Below, in pieces: positions 24,502-34,090 of a stretch of DNA of 64,000 nucleotides (position 1 is the first letter of the stretch; each line of letters begins with the position of its first letter). Origin of the DNA: an uncultured Clostridia bacterium (GTDB taxonomy: Bacteria > Bacillota > Clostridia > Christensenellales > CAG-138); assembly GCA_937915455.1 (NCBI GenBank), contig CALDNN010000225.1, forward strand, positions 1,317 to 65,316, in the 5' to 3' direction. The translations under genes and the position numbers were made by a program. The notes below the pieces were generated by a model. It was not told the origin of the DNA. It did no database searches and saw nothing but the letters and a program-made list of their open reading frames with translations.

Positions 24502-25560
24502 TTATAGGAATTGCCGGAAGGCCGTAGGCAGGGCGTATATTTCGGATAGTTCCGCCGGGTCGGCCCAAACGAAGGCGGGGGCGGCCAGGCCGCAGCGGAT
24601 ACGGTAGGCGGTCATCTGCCACTCGAGGTGGGTGAATACATGCGTGCGGTATACGGCTTGCTCCGGAGCGATGGGCTCTGTGCCCCAGGACGCGGCCTGG
24701 GCCAGGGCCTCCTGCGGGCCCAGCGCGCCGCTTACATTGGGGAATTGCCATAGCCCCGCCAGCAACCCCTTATCCGGCCTTTGGCAAAGGGCCAGCCTGC
24801 CCTCGTGCGCCAGCAGAAATACCGTGCGTTCCTCCGCTTTGCGGGGCCGCTTTGGGGTAAGAAGGGGCAGTTCGCCCGCCCGGCCGGCAGCGCGGGCCTT
24901 ACAGAAGCCTTGGGCCGGGCAATCCGCACAGCGGGGCTTGGGGCCGGGCAGGCAAACGGTGGCCCCCAGCTCCATCAGGCTTTGGGTGAAATCCCCGCAA
25001 TGGCCCGGGGGGTATACCGCGCTTAAGGCCGTGGCCACGGCCCGCTTCATTTGGGGCGCATCCATGGCCTGGCCGATATCCTCCAGGCGGGCGACGCAGC
25101 GCAGCACGTTGCCGTCCACGGCTGCCGTGGGCAGCTCGAAGCAGATGGAACAGATCGCGCCGGCGGTATAATCGCCAATGCCGGGCAGGGCGCGCACGCG
25201 TTCATATTGCCGGGGAAATAGGCCCCCGTGTTCGGCCATGATGATGCGGGCAGCTTTTTGCAGATTACGGACCCGGCTATAGTAGCCCAGGCCTTCCCAC
25301 AGCTTGAAAAGGCGGCCCTCTTCCGCTTCGGCCAGGGCGGCGATGGTGGGAAGGGCCTCGAGAAAGCGCAGGTAATAGCCGCGCACGGCCTCGGCACGGG
25401 TCTGCTGCAGCATGACCTCACTGAGCCATATGCGGTAAGGCTGCCTATCCGCCCGCCAGGGGAGGGCGCGGGAATTGTCGGCATACCAGGGTAAAAGCGC
25501 CACGGGCAGCTGACCCAGGCCGGAAAAGGCGGGCAATTGAAAAGGAGCATGTTTATCCAT
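24502..25560 (-). CDS. mutY: A/G-specific adenine DNA glycosylase
   Basis: ORF trimmed to MDKHAPFQL at 25560. Contains LPWR, EVMLQQT, a 4-Cys cluster and a NUDIX-like C-terminus. Confidence 0.88.
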   Translation of the reverse strand: MDKHAPFQLPAFSGLGQLPVALLPWYADNSRALPWRADRQPYRIWLSEVMLQQTRAEAVRGYYLRFLEALPTIAALAEAEEGRLFKLWEGLGYYSRVRNLQKAARIIMAEHGGLFPRQYERVRALPGIGDYTAGAICSICFELPTAAVDGNVLRCVARLEDIGQAMDAPQMKRAVATALSAVYPPGHCGDFTQSLMELGATVCLPGPKPRCADCPAQGFCKARAAGRAGELPLLTPKRPRKAEERTVFLLAHEGRLALCQRPDKGLLAGLWQFPNVSGALGPQEALAQAASWGTEPIAPEQAVYRTHVFTHLEWQMTAYRIRCGLAAPAFVWADPAELSEIYALPTAFRQFL

Positions 25561-25591
25561 GCCCCTATCATACAGCCGCAAGGCCAAGCCT

Positions 25592-27319
25592 TCAACCCTC
25601 CGCAAAGCAATAGCCGTCCTTCCCCCGCTCCTTGACCAGGTAGAGCATGGCGTCCACCCGGGGGTAGAGGGTATCGAAATCCGTGCCCTGCTCGGGCACC
25701 ATCGCCACCCCGGCGGAGAGGGAAAGACGGGCGTCGCATCCAATGCAGATCTCCCGTGCGCACACAAGCAGGCTTTGGGCCTTATCCTCCATCTCCTGCC
25801 GGGAAAGGCCCGGGCAATAGGCCACAAATTCATCCCCGCCCATGCGGCAAACGATGGCCAGATCGCCAAAGACGCTTAGCAGCAGGCGGCCCGTCTCCGT
25901 GATCACGACATCGCCCATTGCATGGCCCCAGGTATCGTTGATGCGCTTGAAGTTATCGAGGTCGCACATGATAAAGCCACCGCTGCCGCCCTCACGCAGG
26001 GTTTTGGCAAGGGCCGCCCGGATGCGCTCCAAGCCTGTCTGGCGGTTAAATACGCCGCTCTGTTCGTCGATCTCGGCCCGCTGGCGCAGCAGCTGCTCCC
26101 GCTGCTTGCGCGCCTCAATATCTATAATGGAAAGATAGCAGCAGATATCCCCGGTATCCTCCCGGCGGGCCAGGTGGTATTCCAGCCGGCACCACCGCAT
26201 GACGCCCGCGCAGATCCGCTGGTATTCCATGTGGCCGCTGGTCTCGCCCATCTCGAAGGTTTCCAACAGCCGTCCAGGGTGCAAAAAGCGGCGCAATTGC
26301 TGCTGGAATGCGGGCAAGATCAGGGTATCACAGACATTCTCCAGGCATTGAGAAACGCTGCGGCCCGCTTTGTTGCCGGTGTCCTCCAGCCATTGGATGC
26401 CGGCTGAATTGAGGGCGAGGCTGTCGTTGGTGAGGTTAATACGCAGGTTGTAGAGGGCGCTTTCCTCCAGCCTTTGCAGGCGGAGTTTGCTGACCCTCTC
26501 CTCCTGCTCCCGCTCTTTTTCGAGGGTGATATCCCGGAAATAGCCCATATCCCGCAGGGGTTGTCCAGCTTCATCGCAGATGGTTTCACCGCCGATCTCC
26601 ACCCAGAGCGGACGCCTGTCCCTATGCTCGAAGCGGAAATGGATCGGCCGCATGGGCAGTCTGCTATGCAGTTCTAGCCAAGCCAGGCGGAGACGCTCTT
26701 CGTTTTCCGCCATGCCCGCGAACGCCAGGCCGACCTTGGCGGGGAAATCCTCGATGATCAGGTCGCCGCCGCCCTGGCGGGGATGGAGAAAATACCCGGG
26801 ACTGGGGGAAGTAGGATCCTCCACGCACATAAGGCTCAGCCTGTGGCTCGTATGGTCGTACTCCCATATATTTAGCCCCGCCTGGCGCATCACGCCGCGG
26901 AACTGCCTGCTCATCAACCAGGGCGGCTGCTCGGCCGTTTTGAGCCGGGTGATATCCGCTAAAACGCACAAAAGGCCGCCATCCCGCCGGCGGCTGCTTT
27001 TAAGGCTAAGCCAGCAGGCGCAGCCCTGCGCGGGCACGAGGCAAAAATCCGTATCCACAGCCACCTTGGCTCTATAAGCCGCACATAGCTGCTCCCTGCA
27101 AACGGCCAACGGCCCGCCGCGGGGATCGTCCGCGTTCAGGCCCGTTTGCAGGCCCTCGGCACTGCCGGCAAAGGGGGCCAGGGGGCCCGGGCAGAGAACC
27201 TTAAAGCAAAGCTTTCCCTCGGCAAAAGTGGCTTCGATGATGGCGACGGGGAGGCTGCTTGGCAGCGGATCCTTTTGTAGATCCGCCACTGTACAGTGAT
27301 CGGTTGTAGGGATGCTCAT
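25592..27319 (-). CDS. Diguanylate cyclase (PAS-like sensor domains plus GGDEF)
   Basis: C-terminal GGDEF domain (FIMCDLDNFKRINDTWGHAMGD, RMGGDEFVAY). Confidence 0.85.
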   Translation of the reverse strand: MSIPTTDHCTVADLQKDPLPSSLPVAIIEATFAEGKLCFKVLCPGPLAPFAGSAEGLQTGLNADDPRGGPLAVCREQLCAAYRAKVAVDTDFCLVPAQGCACWLSLKSSRRRDGGLLCVLADITRLKTAEQPPWLMSRQFRGVMRQAGLNIWEYDHTSHRLSLMCVEDPTSPSPGYFLHPRQGGGDLIIEDFPAKVGLAFAGMAENEERLRLAWLELHSRLPMRPIHFRFEHRDRRPLWVEIGGETICDEAGQPLRDMGYFRDITLEKEREQEERVSKLRLQRLEESALYNLRINLTNDSLALNSAGIQWLEDTGNKAGRSVSQCLENVCDTLILPAFQQQLRRFLHPGRLLETFEMGETSGHMEYQRICAGVMRWCRLEYHLARREDTGDICCYLSIIDIEARKQREQLLRQRAEIDEQSGVFNRQTGLERIRAALAKTLREGGSGGFIMCDLDNFKRINDTWGHAMGDVVITETGRLLLSVFGDLAIVCRMGGDEFVAYCPGLSRQEMEDKAQSLLVCAREICIGCDARLSLSAGVAMVPEQGTDFDTLYPRVDAMLYLVKERGKDGYCFAEG

Positions 27320-27566
27320 GTCGGTTTTTCTCCTGGGAAAGGGCAGGAAGAGTAGAAGAGGGGAACTGCTCCCCGTTTTTTTAATTATAACATGTACGCC
27401 GGCCAGAGGCTAGCCGCAGCCGCAAATTTTTACGAATGATGTAAATAAAGACAAAATAGGATATTTGCAGCCGCCACAGGCGCAGCCGATCGCTTCGCGT
27501 TTCTTTTCAAGTTGCGGTTGCGGGCAAAAGATGATATGATGAACAAGCATATAATGCATGGAACCG

Positions 27567-27718
27567 AATACCGTGAGGGAGTAGTTCGCGCGCGGGCGTG
27601 ATATGTCAACATACTGGCTTAACCGCCTGGCATATCTTAATAGGACGAGACTCATGTATAGAACTTCCGCAAGCCGCAGGCCGGCAGCGGATGGCGGCTG
27701 TACGGGGTCTTTTGTTTT
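27567..27718 (+). ncRNA. yybP-ykoY (Mn2+) riboswitch with terminator expression platform
   Basis: Conserved blocks: GGGAGUAG (27577-27584), GUCAACAUAC (27605-27614), AGGACGAGAC (27642-27651). P1 pairs GUGAG with CUCAU. A hairpin at 27667-27705 is followed by a U-run. Lies directly upstream of mntP. Confidence 0.75.
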
Positions 27719-27764
27719 ATATGCAGTCATAACGATACAAAAGCGGAAGGGAATTTAGAAGATC

Positions 27765-28343
27765 ATGGGATTTGCGGAGTTGCTGCTGCTGGCAATGGGC
27801 CTATCGATGGACGCCTTTGCCGTATCGGTCTGCAAGGGGCTGAGCGTGAAGCGGATGCGCCTTAGGCATATGCTTTCCACCGGGCTGTGGTTTGGCGGCT
27901 TCCAGGCGCTGATGCCCCTCTTGGGCTATCTGATGGGCACGACCTTTGAGCGCTATATCATTGCCGTGGATCATTGGGTGGTCTTCGCCCTGCTCACCCT
28001 GATCGGCGCAAACATGATCCGTGAAGCTTTTAGGCCGGGCGAGGATTGCGAGAGCGGGAATGGAGACGACGGCTTCGGCTGGAAGCCCATGCTGATGATG
28101 GCCCTGGCTACCAGCATCGACGCGCTGGCCGTGGGCATCACTTTTGCCCTGCTACCGGATGTAAACGTGCTTTGGGCTGTCTCCGTGATCGGCATCACCA
28201 CCTTTATTTTGTGCGCGGTGGGCGTAGGGGCCGGGCGCACGCTCGGCTCCAGGTACTCCAGCAAGGCCGGGCTGGCCGGCGGCGTAATCCTGTTCCTCAT
28301 CGGTTTGAACATATTGCTGGAACACCTGGGCATTCTGGCATAA
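27765..28343 (+). CDS. mntP: Manganese efflux pump MntP
   Basis: 192 aa. MGLSMDAFAVS and ATSIDALAVG duplicated motifs. Confidence 0.88.
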   Translation: MGFAELLLLAMGLSMDAFAVSVCKGLSVKRMRLRHMLSTGLWFGGFQALMPLLGYLMGTTFERYIIAVDHWVVFALLTLIGANMIREAFRPGEDCESGNGDDGFGWKPMLMMALATSIDALAVGITFALLPDVNVLWAVSVIGITTFILCAVGVGAGRTLGSRYSSKAGLAGGVILFLIGLNILLEHLGILA

Positions 28344-28381
28344 ATATAAAAAGCGGCACGTGCGTGCCGCTTCAACGTGTC

Positions 28382-28407
28382 AAAAAAGTGGCTATAGCCA
28401 CTTTTTT
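28382..28407. terminator. Bidirectional intrinsic terminator
   Basis: AAAAAAGTGGCTATAGCCACTTTTTT, a perfect palindrome flanked by A6 and T6. Confidence 0.8.
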
Positions 28408-28566
28408 GAGTTTACAGGGTTTGCTTGTGCCTGGGGGCACGGCCAGCAAACCCTGCAGGGAAACCCTTGCTACGCAAGGTCTTTCGCCGCCACCGCTCCT
28501 GTCGCTGGCGGCGAATAGAGCCTCCGGGGGCTACGGCCCCCGAACCCCTAAGGGCTTTTTTAACGC

Positions 28567-29250
28567 TTAAAAATCCGTGTGCTCCAGCAGCTCGAAATGG
28601 TTTTTATGAAAGCTGAGCACGCCCTCGTTTTGCAGCTTGGACAGCTCGCTGGAAAGGGCGCTGCGGTCTACCGTCAGATAATCGGCCAGCTGCTTGCGGC
28701 TAAAGGGGATTTCAAATGCCGCACGCCTCTGGCGCATGGCCTCGGCCGATAGGTAGGAGAGGACTTTCTGCCGGGTGGTGCGCTGGCCCATGTGGGTTAG
28801 CTTTTCGTTAAAATCGAGGTTTTTGGCTGCCAGCACTGAGAGCAGGTTGCGGATCACCCGCTGGTGGAAGGCGCAGCCGCTCGGGCAGGTGGTGAGCACG
28901 CGGCGCACGTCGAGCAGCATCGCCGTCACCGGCGTATCCGCCACGATGCCCACATTCAGAACCGCCCCCGGCGTGCAGGCAAAGGATTCCGCAAAGAGCT
29001 GGCCGGGATGCAGGCGGGTGACGATGTGCCGGTCGCCCCAGAAGCTTTCGTGTACCACAAAGGCGTTGCCTGCAAGCAATATGCCCATGCTCTCGGCCCG
29101 CTCACCCGCGTGAAAGATGTATTCGCCCTTGCGGCGTTGCAGCTTGCGCGCACCCAGGCAGCCCAGCATGGCCTCCGCCTCACCGGCCTCCACGCCCGCA
29201 AAGAGGCCGCAGGCTTTGATGACATCCAGATATTCCTTCATACTTTTCAT
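28567..29250 (-). CDS. Crp/Fnr family regulator, divergent from the hcp operon (HcpR-like)
   Basis: ORF trimmed to MKSMKEYLDVIKACGLFAG (29250; alternative start 29241). C-terminal HTH SRKQLADYLTVDRSALSSELSKL. Confidence 0.8.
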   Translation of the reverse strand: MKSMKEYLDVIKACGLFAGVEAGEAEAMLGCLGARKLQRRKGEYIFHAGERAESMGILLAGNAFVVHESFWGDRHIVTRLHPGQLFAESFACTPGAVLNVGIVADTPVTAMLLDVRRVLTTCPSGCAFHQRVIRNLLSVLAAKNLDFNEKLTHMGQRTTRQKVLSYLSAEAMRQRRAAFEIPFSRKQLADYLTVDRSALSSELSKLQNEGVLSFHKNHFELLEHTDF

Positions 29251-29329
29251 GATCCGTTGGAAATACAACAGACTCCTTATCTCAATTGTAATATAGTAAG
29301 GCCGTAAAAGCAAGAAGGAGGACGGCATT

Positions 29330-30031
29330 ATGTTAAGAAGGATCATTGAGATAGATGAAGAAAAATGTAACGGCTGCGGCGCTTGCGCGGCTGCCTGCCA
29401 CGAGGGGGCCATCGCGATGGTAAACGGCAAGGCCAAGCTGATGCGCGATGATTATTGCGACGGATTGGGCGACTGCCTGCCCGCCTGCCCGGTAAACGCC
29501 ATCTCCTTTGTGGAGCGGGAGGCCGCCGCTTATGACGAGGCCGCCGTAAAGGCGAACCAAGCCGCCAAGGCACAGGCCCGCGGTTCCGCACCCTGCGGCT
29601 GCCCCGGCACCCGGGCTAAGGCCATCCAGCGCACGGCGGCGCCCGCCCAAGGCTCGGCCGAGGTGGAGAGTCAGCTCTCCCAATGGCCGGTGCAGATCAA
29701 GCTGGCGCCGGTGCGCGCGCCCTACTTCAACGGCGCGAACCTGCTCGTCGCCGCGGATTGCACGGCCTTTGCCTATGGCGATTTCCACAACCGTTTCATC
29801 CGCAATCACGCGACCCTCATCGGCTGCCCCAAGCTGGACGCCGTGGATTATGCCGAGAAGCTTACAGAGATCATCCGCCAAAATGAGATCAAAAGCCTCA
29901 CCATCGCCCGCATGGAGGTGCCCTGCTGCGGCGGCCTGGAGGCCGCTGCCAAGCAAGCTTTGCAAAACAGCGGCAAGTTCATCCCATGGCAGGTGGTTAC
30001 AATCTCCACGGACGGGCGGATTCTGGACTAA
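29330..30031 (+). CDS. 4Fe-4S dicluster domain protein
   Basis: CNGCGACAAACHEGAI and CDGLGDCLPACP motifs. GGAGGA RBS. Confidence 0.8.
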   Translation: MLRRIIEIDEEKCNGCGACAAACHEGAIAMVNGKAKLMRDDYCDGLGDCLPACPVNAISFVEREAAAYDEAAVKANQAAKAQARGSAPCGCPGTRAKAIQRTAAPAQGSAEVESQLSQWPVQIKLAPVRAPYFNGANLLVAADCTAFAYGDFHNRFIRNHATLIGCPKLDAVDYAEKLTEIIRQNEIKSLTIARMEVPCCGGLEAAAKQALQNSGKFIPWQVVTISTDGRILD

Positions 30032-30061
30032 CTAAAAATAGAATAAACAGGAGGAAAAGCC

Positions 30062-31621
30062 ATGACGAAGGAGATGTTTTGTTTCCAATGCGAACAGACG
30101 GCGGGCCAGGTCGGCTGCCAGGGGAAAGCGGGGGTCTGTGGCAAAAAATCCGCCACCGCCGGCATGCAGGATAAACTCACCGGCGCGATGATCGGCCTGG
30201 CGCGGGCGGCCAAGAACGCCCAACCCGGCGCCTCTACCCACAAGGCCGTGATCGAGGGCCTCTTCATGACCGTGACCAACGTCAGCTTCGACGACGAGGC
30301 GCTCTCGCGGCACATCGGGGTGATCGAGGGCGAAAAGCAGGCCCTGGGCGGCGGCGCAGATTACGACCTGAACCTGATATGGGAGGGCGACGAGGATGTG
30401 CGCTCCCTCAAATCCCTGATCCTTTTCGGCCTGCGCGGCATGGCCGCCTATGCCGAACACGCCCTGGTGCTGGGCTATACGGACGAGGCTGTGAACGCCT
30501 TCTTCTACGAGGCCTTGCGCGCCATCGGCGAGGATTGGGGCATGGCGGAGCTGCTGCCCCTGGTGCTCAAGGTGGGCGAGGTCAACCTGAAATGTATGGC
30601 CCTGCTCGACCGAGCCAATACGGAAACCTACGGCGCGCCCACGCCCACCGCCGTGCCGCTCACCGTGGAGAAGGGTCCCTTCATCGTGATCAGCGGGCAC
30701 GACCTGCTGGACTTGAAGCTGCTGCTCGAGCAGACCAAGGATAAGGGCATCAACATCTATACCCACGGCGAAATGCTGCCCGCCCACGCCTATCCCAAGC
30801 TTAAGGCCTATCCCCACCTCAAGGGCAACTTTGGCACGGCCTGGCAGAACCAGCAAAAGGAATTTGCCAATATCCCCGGCGCTGTGCTCTTTACCACCAA
30901 TTGCCTCATGCCCCCCAAAGAGAGCTATGCGGATCGGGTCTTCGCCACCGGCGTGGTGGCCTTCCCCGGCCTTATCCACATCGGCGAGGCGCGGGATTTC
31001 ACGCCCGTGATCGAAAAGGCCCTGGCCCTTAGCGGCTACGCCGAGGATACCGCTTTCACCGGCATCAACGGCGGCAAGGAGGTTACCACCGGCTTTGGGC
31101 ACGACGCAGTCCTCGGCGTAGCGGATCAGGTGATAGCTGCAGTCAAGGCGGGCGCGATCCGCCACTTCTTCCTGGTAGGGGGCTGTGATGGCGCCAAGCC
31201 CGGCCGTAATTATTACACCCGGTTCGTGGAGCAGACCCCGGCCGATACCCTGGTGCTCACCGTAGCCTGTGGCAAATATCGCTTCAACGACCTGGATCTG
31301 GGCATGATCGGCGGCCTGCCGCGCCTGCTCGATATGGGCCAATGTAACGACGCCTACAGCGCTATCCAGGTGGCCCTGGCACTGGCCAAGGCATTTGATT
31401 GCAGCGTGAACGAACTGCCCCTTTCCATGGTACTATCCTGGTATGAACAAAAGGCGGTCTGTATCCTGCTCACGCTGCTTTACCTGGGTGTGAAGAATAT
31501 CCGCCTTGGGCCCACCCTGCCCGCTTTCGTTTCCCCCAATGTGCTGTCCTTCCTGGTAGAAAACTACGGCATTGCGCCCATCACCACCCCCGAAAAAGAC
31601 CTCGCGGAGCTGCTCAAATAA
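30062..31621 (+). CDS. hcp: Hydroxylamine reductase / hybrid-cluster protein
   Basis: MFCFQCEQTAG N-terminal Cys cluster; 519 aa, collinear with Hcp. Confidence 0.92.
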   Translation: MTKEMFCFQCEQTAGQVGCQGKAGVCGKKSATAGMQDKLTGAMIGLARAAKNAQPGASTHKAVIEGLFMTVTNVSFDDEALSRHIGVIEGEKQALGGGADYDLNLIWEGDEDVRSLKSLILFGLRGMAAYAEHALVLGYTDEAVNAFFYEALRAIGEDWGMAELLPLVLKVGEVNLKCMALLDRANTETYGAPTPTAVPLTVEKGPFIVISGHDLLDLKLLLEQTKDKGINIYTHGEMLPAHAYPKLKAYPHLKGNFGTAWQNQQKEFANIPGAVLFTTNCLMPPKESYADRVFATGVVAFPGLIHIGEARDFTPVIEKALALSGYAEDTAFTGINGGKEVTTGFGHDAVLGVADQVIAAVKAGAIRHFFLVGGCDGAKPGRNYYTRFVEQTPADTLVLTVACGKYRFNDLDLGMIGGLPRLLDMGQCNDAYSAIQVALALAKAFDCSVNELPLSMVLSWYEQKAVCILLTLLYLGVKNIRLGPTLPAFVSPNVLSFLVENYGIAPITTPEKDLAELLK

Positions 31622-31692
31622 GCCGCTCTCCCCCAAACCGGCCCGCCCTATGCTGGCCGGTTTTGCTGTGCATGGCCTCATCTTATATAAAT

Positions 31693-31723
31693 TGTTGACA
31701 AATCAACATTCAGACTCTATAAT
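31693..31723 (+). promoter_or_regulatory. Promoter with overlapping inverted repeat upstream of marR
   Basis: TTGACA (31695-31700), 17 nt, TATAAT (31718-31723). Inverted repeat TGTTGA (31693-31698) / TCAACA (31703-31708) overlaps the -35. Confidence 0.6.
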
Positions 31724-31762
31724 CACAAAAGTGCCGCTTGACGGGCGGGAAAGGAGAGGCGC

Positions 31763-32212
31763 ATGGAGGAACGGTTCGAGGCCTTTGTGGGGCTGATCAC
31801 GCAGATCTATAAAAGCATACAGAAAATCAAGGGCCTGGAGATGACGGAGCAGGGCCTGCGGGGCAACCATACGATGTGCCTTTACAACTTGGGCCGCCAT
31901 CCCGATGGGCTAACCTGCGCGCAGCTCACCACCCTTTGCGAGGAAGACAAGGCGGCCATCTCCCGCACACTGGCCGAGCTGGAAACACGGGGCTATGTGC
32001 GCCGCGAAGCGCCGGCGGGCAGCGGGAAGTACCGCGCCAAGCTCTTGCTTACGGAAAAGGGGCAGGTGGTGGCCCGCTTCATCCGGAAACGGGCGGAAAG
32101 CATCGTCGAGCAAGGCGGCGAGGGCCTCACCGACAGCCAGCGCGAGAGCCTATACGCCTCGCTTTTGCTGATCTCACAAAACCTTCAAAGCCTGCCGGAC
32201 GAAAACGACTGA
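31763..32212 (+). CDS. MarR family transcriptional regulator
   Basis: 149 aa. Winged HTH (LTCAQLTTLCEEDKAAISRTLAELETRGYV). Confidence 0.85.
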   Translation: MEERFEAFVGLITQIYKSIQKIKGLEMTEQGLRGNHTMCLYNLGRHPDGLTCAQLTTLCEEDKAAISRTLAELETRGYVRREAPAGSGKYRAKLLLTEKGQVVARFIRKRAESIVEQGGEGLTDSQRESLYASLLLISQNLQSLPDEND

Positions 32213-32250
32213 ATTATCTATATCTAAAATAAATTAAAGAGAGGAAGAAT

Positions 32251-33099
32251 ATGACAGTCAAGTTTGTGATCTGTTCCACCGCGGATTTTCCCTACCAGGA
32301 GGCGCGGGAGCGGGATATAACCCTACTGCCCCTGCACATCACTTTTGGCGAAACATCCTACCGGGACGTGCTGGATATCAGCCACAGGGAATTTTACGAA
32401 AAACTGATCGAGAGCGACGAATTGCCCAAGACCAGCCAGGTGCCGCCGGTGGATTTTGAGGCGGCCTTCCGCCGCATTATTGAGGCGGGGGATACGCCCA
32501 TCGCCGTTACCATTTCGGAAAAGCTCTCCGGCACGGCCCAAAGCGCGCAGATTGCGGCCAAGGAATTCCCGGGCCGTGTCTTCACCGTGGATAGCGATAG
32601 CGCCTGCATCGGCGAGCAGGTGCTGATCCGCTACGGCCTTCTACTGGCGGAGCAGGGCTTAGAAGCAGCCGCCATTGTGGAAAAGCTGGAAGAAGCCAAG
32701 CGGGAGGTTCACGTGATCGCCCTGCTGGATACCCTAGAGTATTTGAAAAAGGGGGGCCGGATCTCCGCAGCCACGGCCTTTGCCGGGGGGCTATTGTCTA
32801 TCAAGCCGGTGGTGGCCGTAGAAGAGGGGGAGATTCGACTCATCGGCAAGGCACGGGGCTCCAAGCAGGGCAACAACCTGCTGCGTGAGATGATACAAAA
32901 GAGCGGCGGTATCGATTTTTCCCGCCCCTTCCTGCTGGCCTATTCCGGCCTTGACGATACCATGCTGCAAAAATACATCAGCGACAGCAAGGAACTATGG
33001 GAGGATCGGGCGGAACGGCTGCCCATCTGCACCATCGGCAGCACCATCGGTACCCACGCCGGTCCCGGCGCTGTGGCCCTGGCCTATTTTGCGCCATAA
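32251..33099 (+). CDS. DegV family fatty-acid-binding protein
   Basis: 282 aa; GSTIGTHAGPGAVALAYF C-terminus. Confidence 0.85.
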   Translation: MTVKFVICSTADFPYQEARERDITLLPLHITFGETSYRDVLDISHREFYEKLIESDELPKTSQVPPVDFEAAFRRIIEAGDTPIAVTISEKLSGTAQSAQIAAKEFPGRVFTVDSDSACIGEQVLIRYGLLLAEQGLEAAAIVEKLEEAKREVHVIALLDTLEYLKKGGRISAATAFAGGLLSIKPVVAVEEGEIRLIGKARGSKQGNNLLREMIQKSGGIDFSRPFLLAYSGLDDTMLQKYISDSKELWEDRAERLPICTIGSTIGTHAGPGAVALAYFAP

Positions 33100-33171
33100 G
33101 GTTGAGGATTGGCGAATATAAAAGGCCCCGCGCCCTCCCTTGGAGGAACGTGGGGCCTTTTGCACAGCGCG

Positions 33172-33330
33172 CTAAGATAGGCACGTGGGTGGTTCGACGG
33201 CCAGGGTCGCCAGGGTATCCCCCAGTTGTGTAAAAAGCAGAGACAAAAACTCAACTTCCTCACGGGAGCGGTCCTGGGCGATGGCAATGGCCATAGCCGT
33301 AACCGCAGCGGCCCATTCGCAGGACGTCAT
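33172..33330 (-). CDS. Small conserved protein (52 aa) with an FTQLGDTLAT motif
   Basis: GAGGTGA RBS. MTSCEWAAAVTAMAIAIAQDRSREEVEFLSLLFTQLGDTLATLAVEPPTCLS*. It resembles a small clostridial protein family I recall, possibly DUF6774. Below the ORF-track cutoff. Confidence 0.5.
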   Translation of the reverse strand: MTSCEWAAAVTAMAIAIAQDRSREEVEFLSLLFTQLGDTLATLAVEPPTCLS

Positions 33331-33534
33331 AATATCACCTCTGCCTACAATATACGCAGGCCGTGCTCCAAAAGCGCCGAATCAGTCGTGCGCATCCTGC
33401 GCCGGCGCGCCAAGGGCTATACGGCGAGTAATACCATCGTTCTTTACAACGAAGCCGCGCAGCGGATCATCCTGGATAATCTCGAGGCGATCTTAAGGGG
33501 GAAGGTAAGGGGGACAGAACAAAAAACGCGGGGA

Positions 33535-33714
33535 TCAATCATCCCCGCGCAGTAGGTTCTCTGCATAGTCCCTTAGGCCCGAATAGCTGTTGACGCTGTC
33601 CGCCCTGGTGCTGATCTGCTCACGCACATAATCCGGCAAAGAATCGAAGTACTTCTTAGCCAGCGGGTCTTGCCGGAGCAGGGCGTGCATGCTTTTGTAT
33701 TTTGCTTCCAGCAT
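33535..33714 (-). CDS. Small hypothetical protein (59 aa)
   Basis: MLEAKYKSMHALLRQDPLAKKYFDSLPDYVREQISTRADSVNSYSGLRDYAENLLRGDD. A terminator hairpin CGCGGGGAT/ATCCCCGCG plus T6 overlaps the stop. Confidence 0.5.
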   Translation of the reverse strand: MLEAKYKSMHALLRQDPLAKKYFDSLPDYVREQISTRADSVNSYSGLRDYAENLLRGDD

Positions 33715-33935
33715 AAGCTCACCTCCTACCATAGTTTGCGCAAAAAGGCTCCCGCGAATGCATTCGAGGCCTTTTTTCGGTGAGCGTTGTTGCCCACGCT
33801 ATTCAGCGGCCTGTGCACGAAATCCCAGGGCGAAAAACAGTCTACCGGAGTGTTTTCTAATCCACCCTTTAAGTCAATTCAAATATAGCAACCCAAACAA
33901 AAAAGCAACACCTTGATGGATGTTGCGTTTTTCGG

Positions 33936-34013
33936 TGGTGGGGATGGAGGGACTCGAACCCCCGACCTCTTCGATGTGAGCGAAGCGCTCTAACCGGCTG
34001 AGACTACATCCCC
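33936..34013 (-). tRNA. tRNA-Val (anticodon CAC), CCA encoded
   Basis: Reverse complement: GGGGATGTAGTCTCAGCCGGTTAGAGCGCTTCGCTCACATCGAAGAGGTCGGGGGTTCGAGTCCCTCCATCCCCACCA. Acceptor GGGGATG/CATCCCC; anticodon arm CTTCG-CTCACAT-CGAAG; T arm GGGGG-TTCGAGT-CCCTC. The D stem is imperfect. A terminator hairpin lies at 33897-33932. Confidence 0.8.
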
Positions 34014-34090
34014 GAACGCATATGATTATAAAGCATGGGAGGCATTTTGGCAAGAGGGGATTTTATCAGCGGCGCACAGGGACGGGCGCG

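Noticed and set aside
27410-27730. 106-aa minus-strand ORF
   Set aside because: It overlaps the yybP-ykoY riboswitch and promoter region of mntP in antisense, has atypical composition and shows no RBS.
29251-29329. FNR/HcpR operator call
   Set aside because: No palindrome with the family-typical spacing was found, so no regulatory feature is reported.
30032-31342. 436-aa minus-strand ORF
   Set aside because: Antisense shadow of hcp. The same reasoning applies to 18704-19942 (antisense to metQ/tcdA), 42283-43608 (antisense to rluD), 16616-17653 (antisense to metN), 47515-48669 (antisense to mutS2), 6126-6941 and 35178-35972.
33226-33555. 109-aa + strand ORF
   Set aside because: Its 5' half is antisense to the well-supported 52-aa gene, and it has no credible start or RBS. 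The 3' part may be a gene remnant; this is noted in a finding but not called as a feature.
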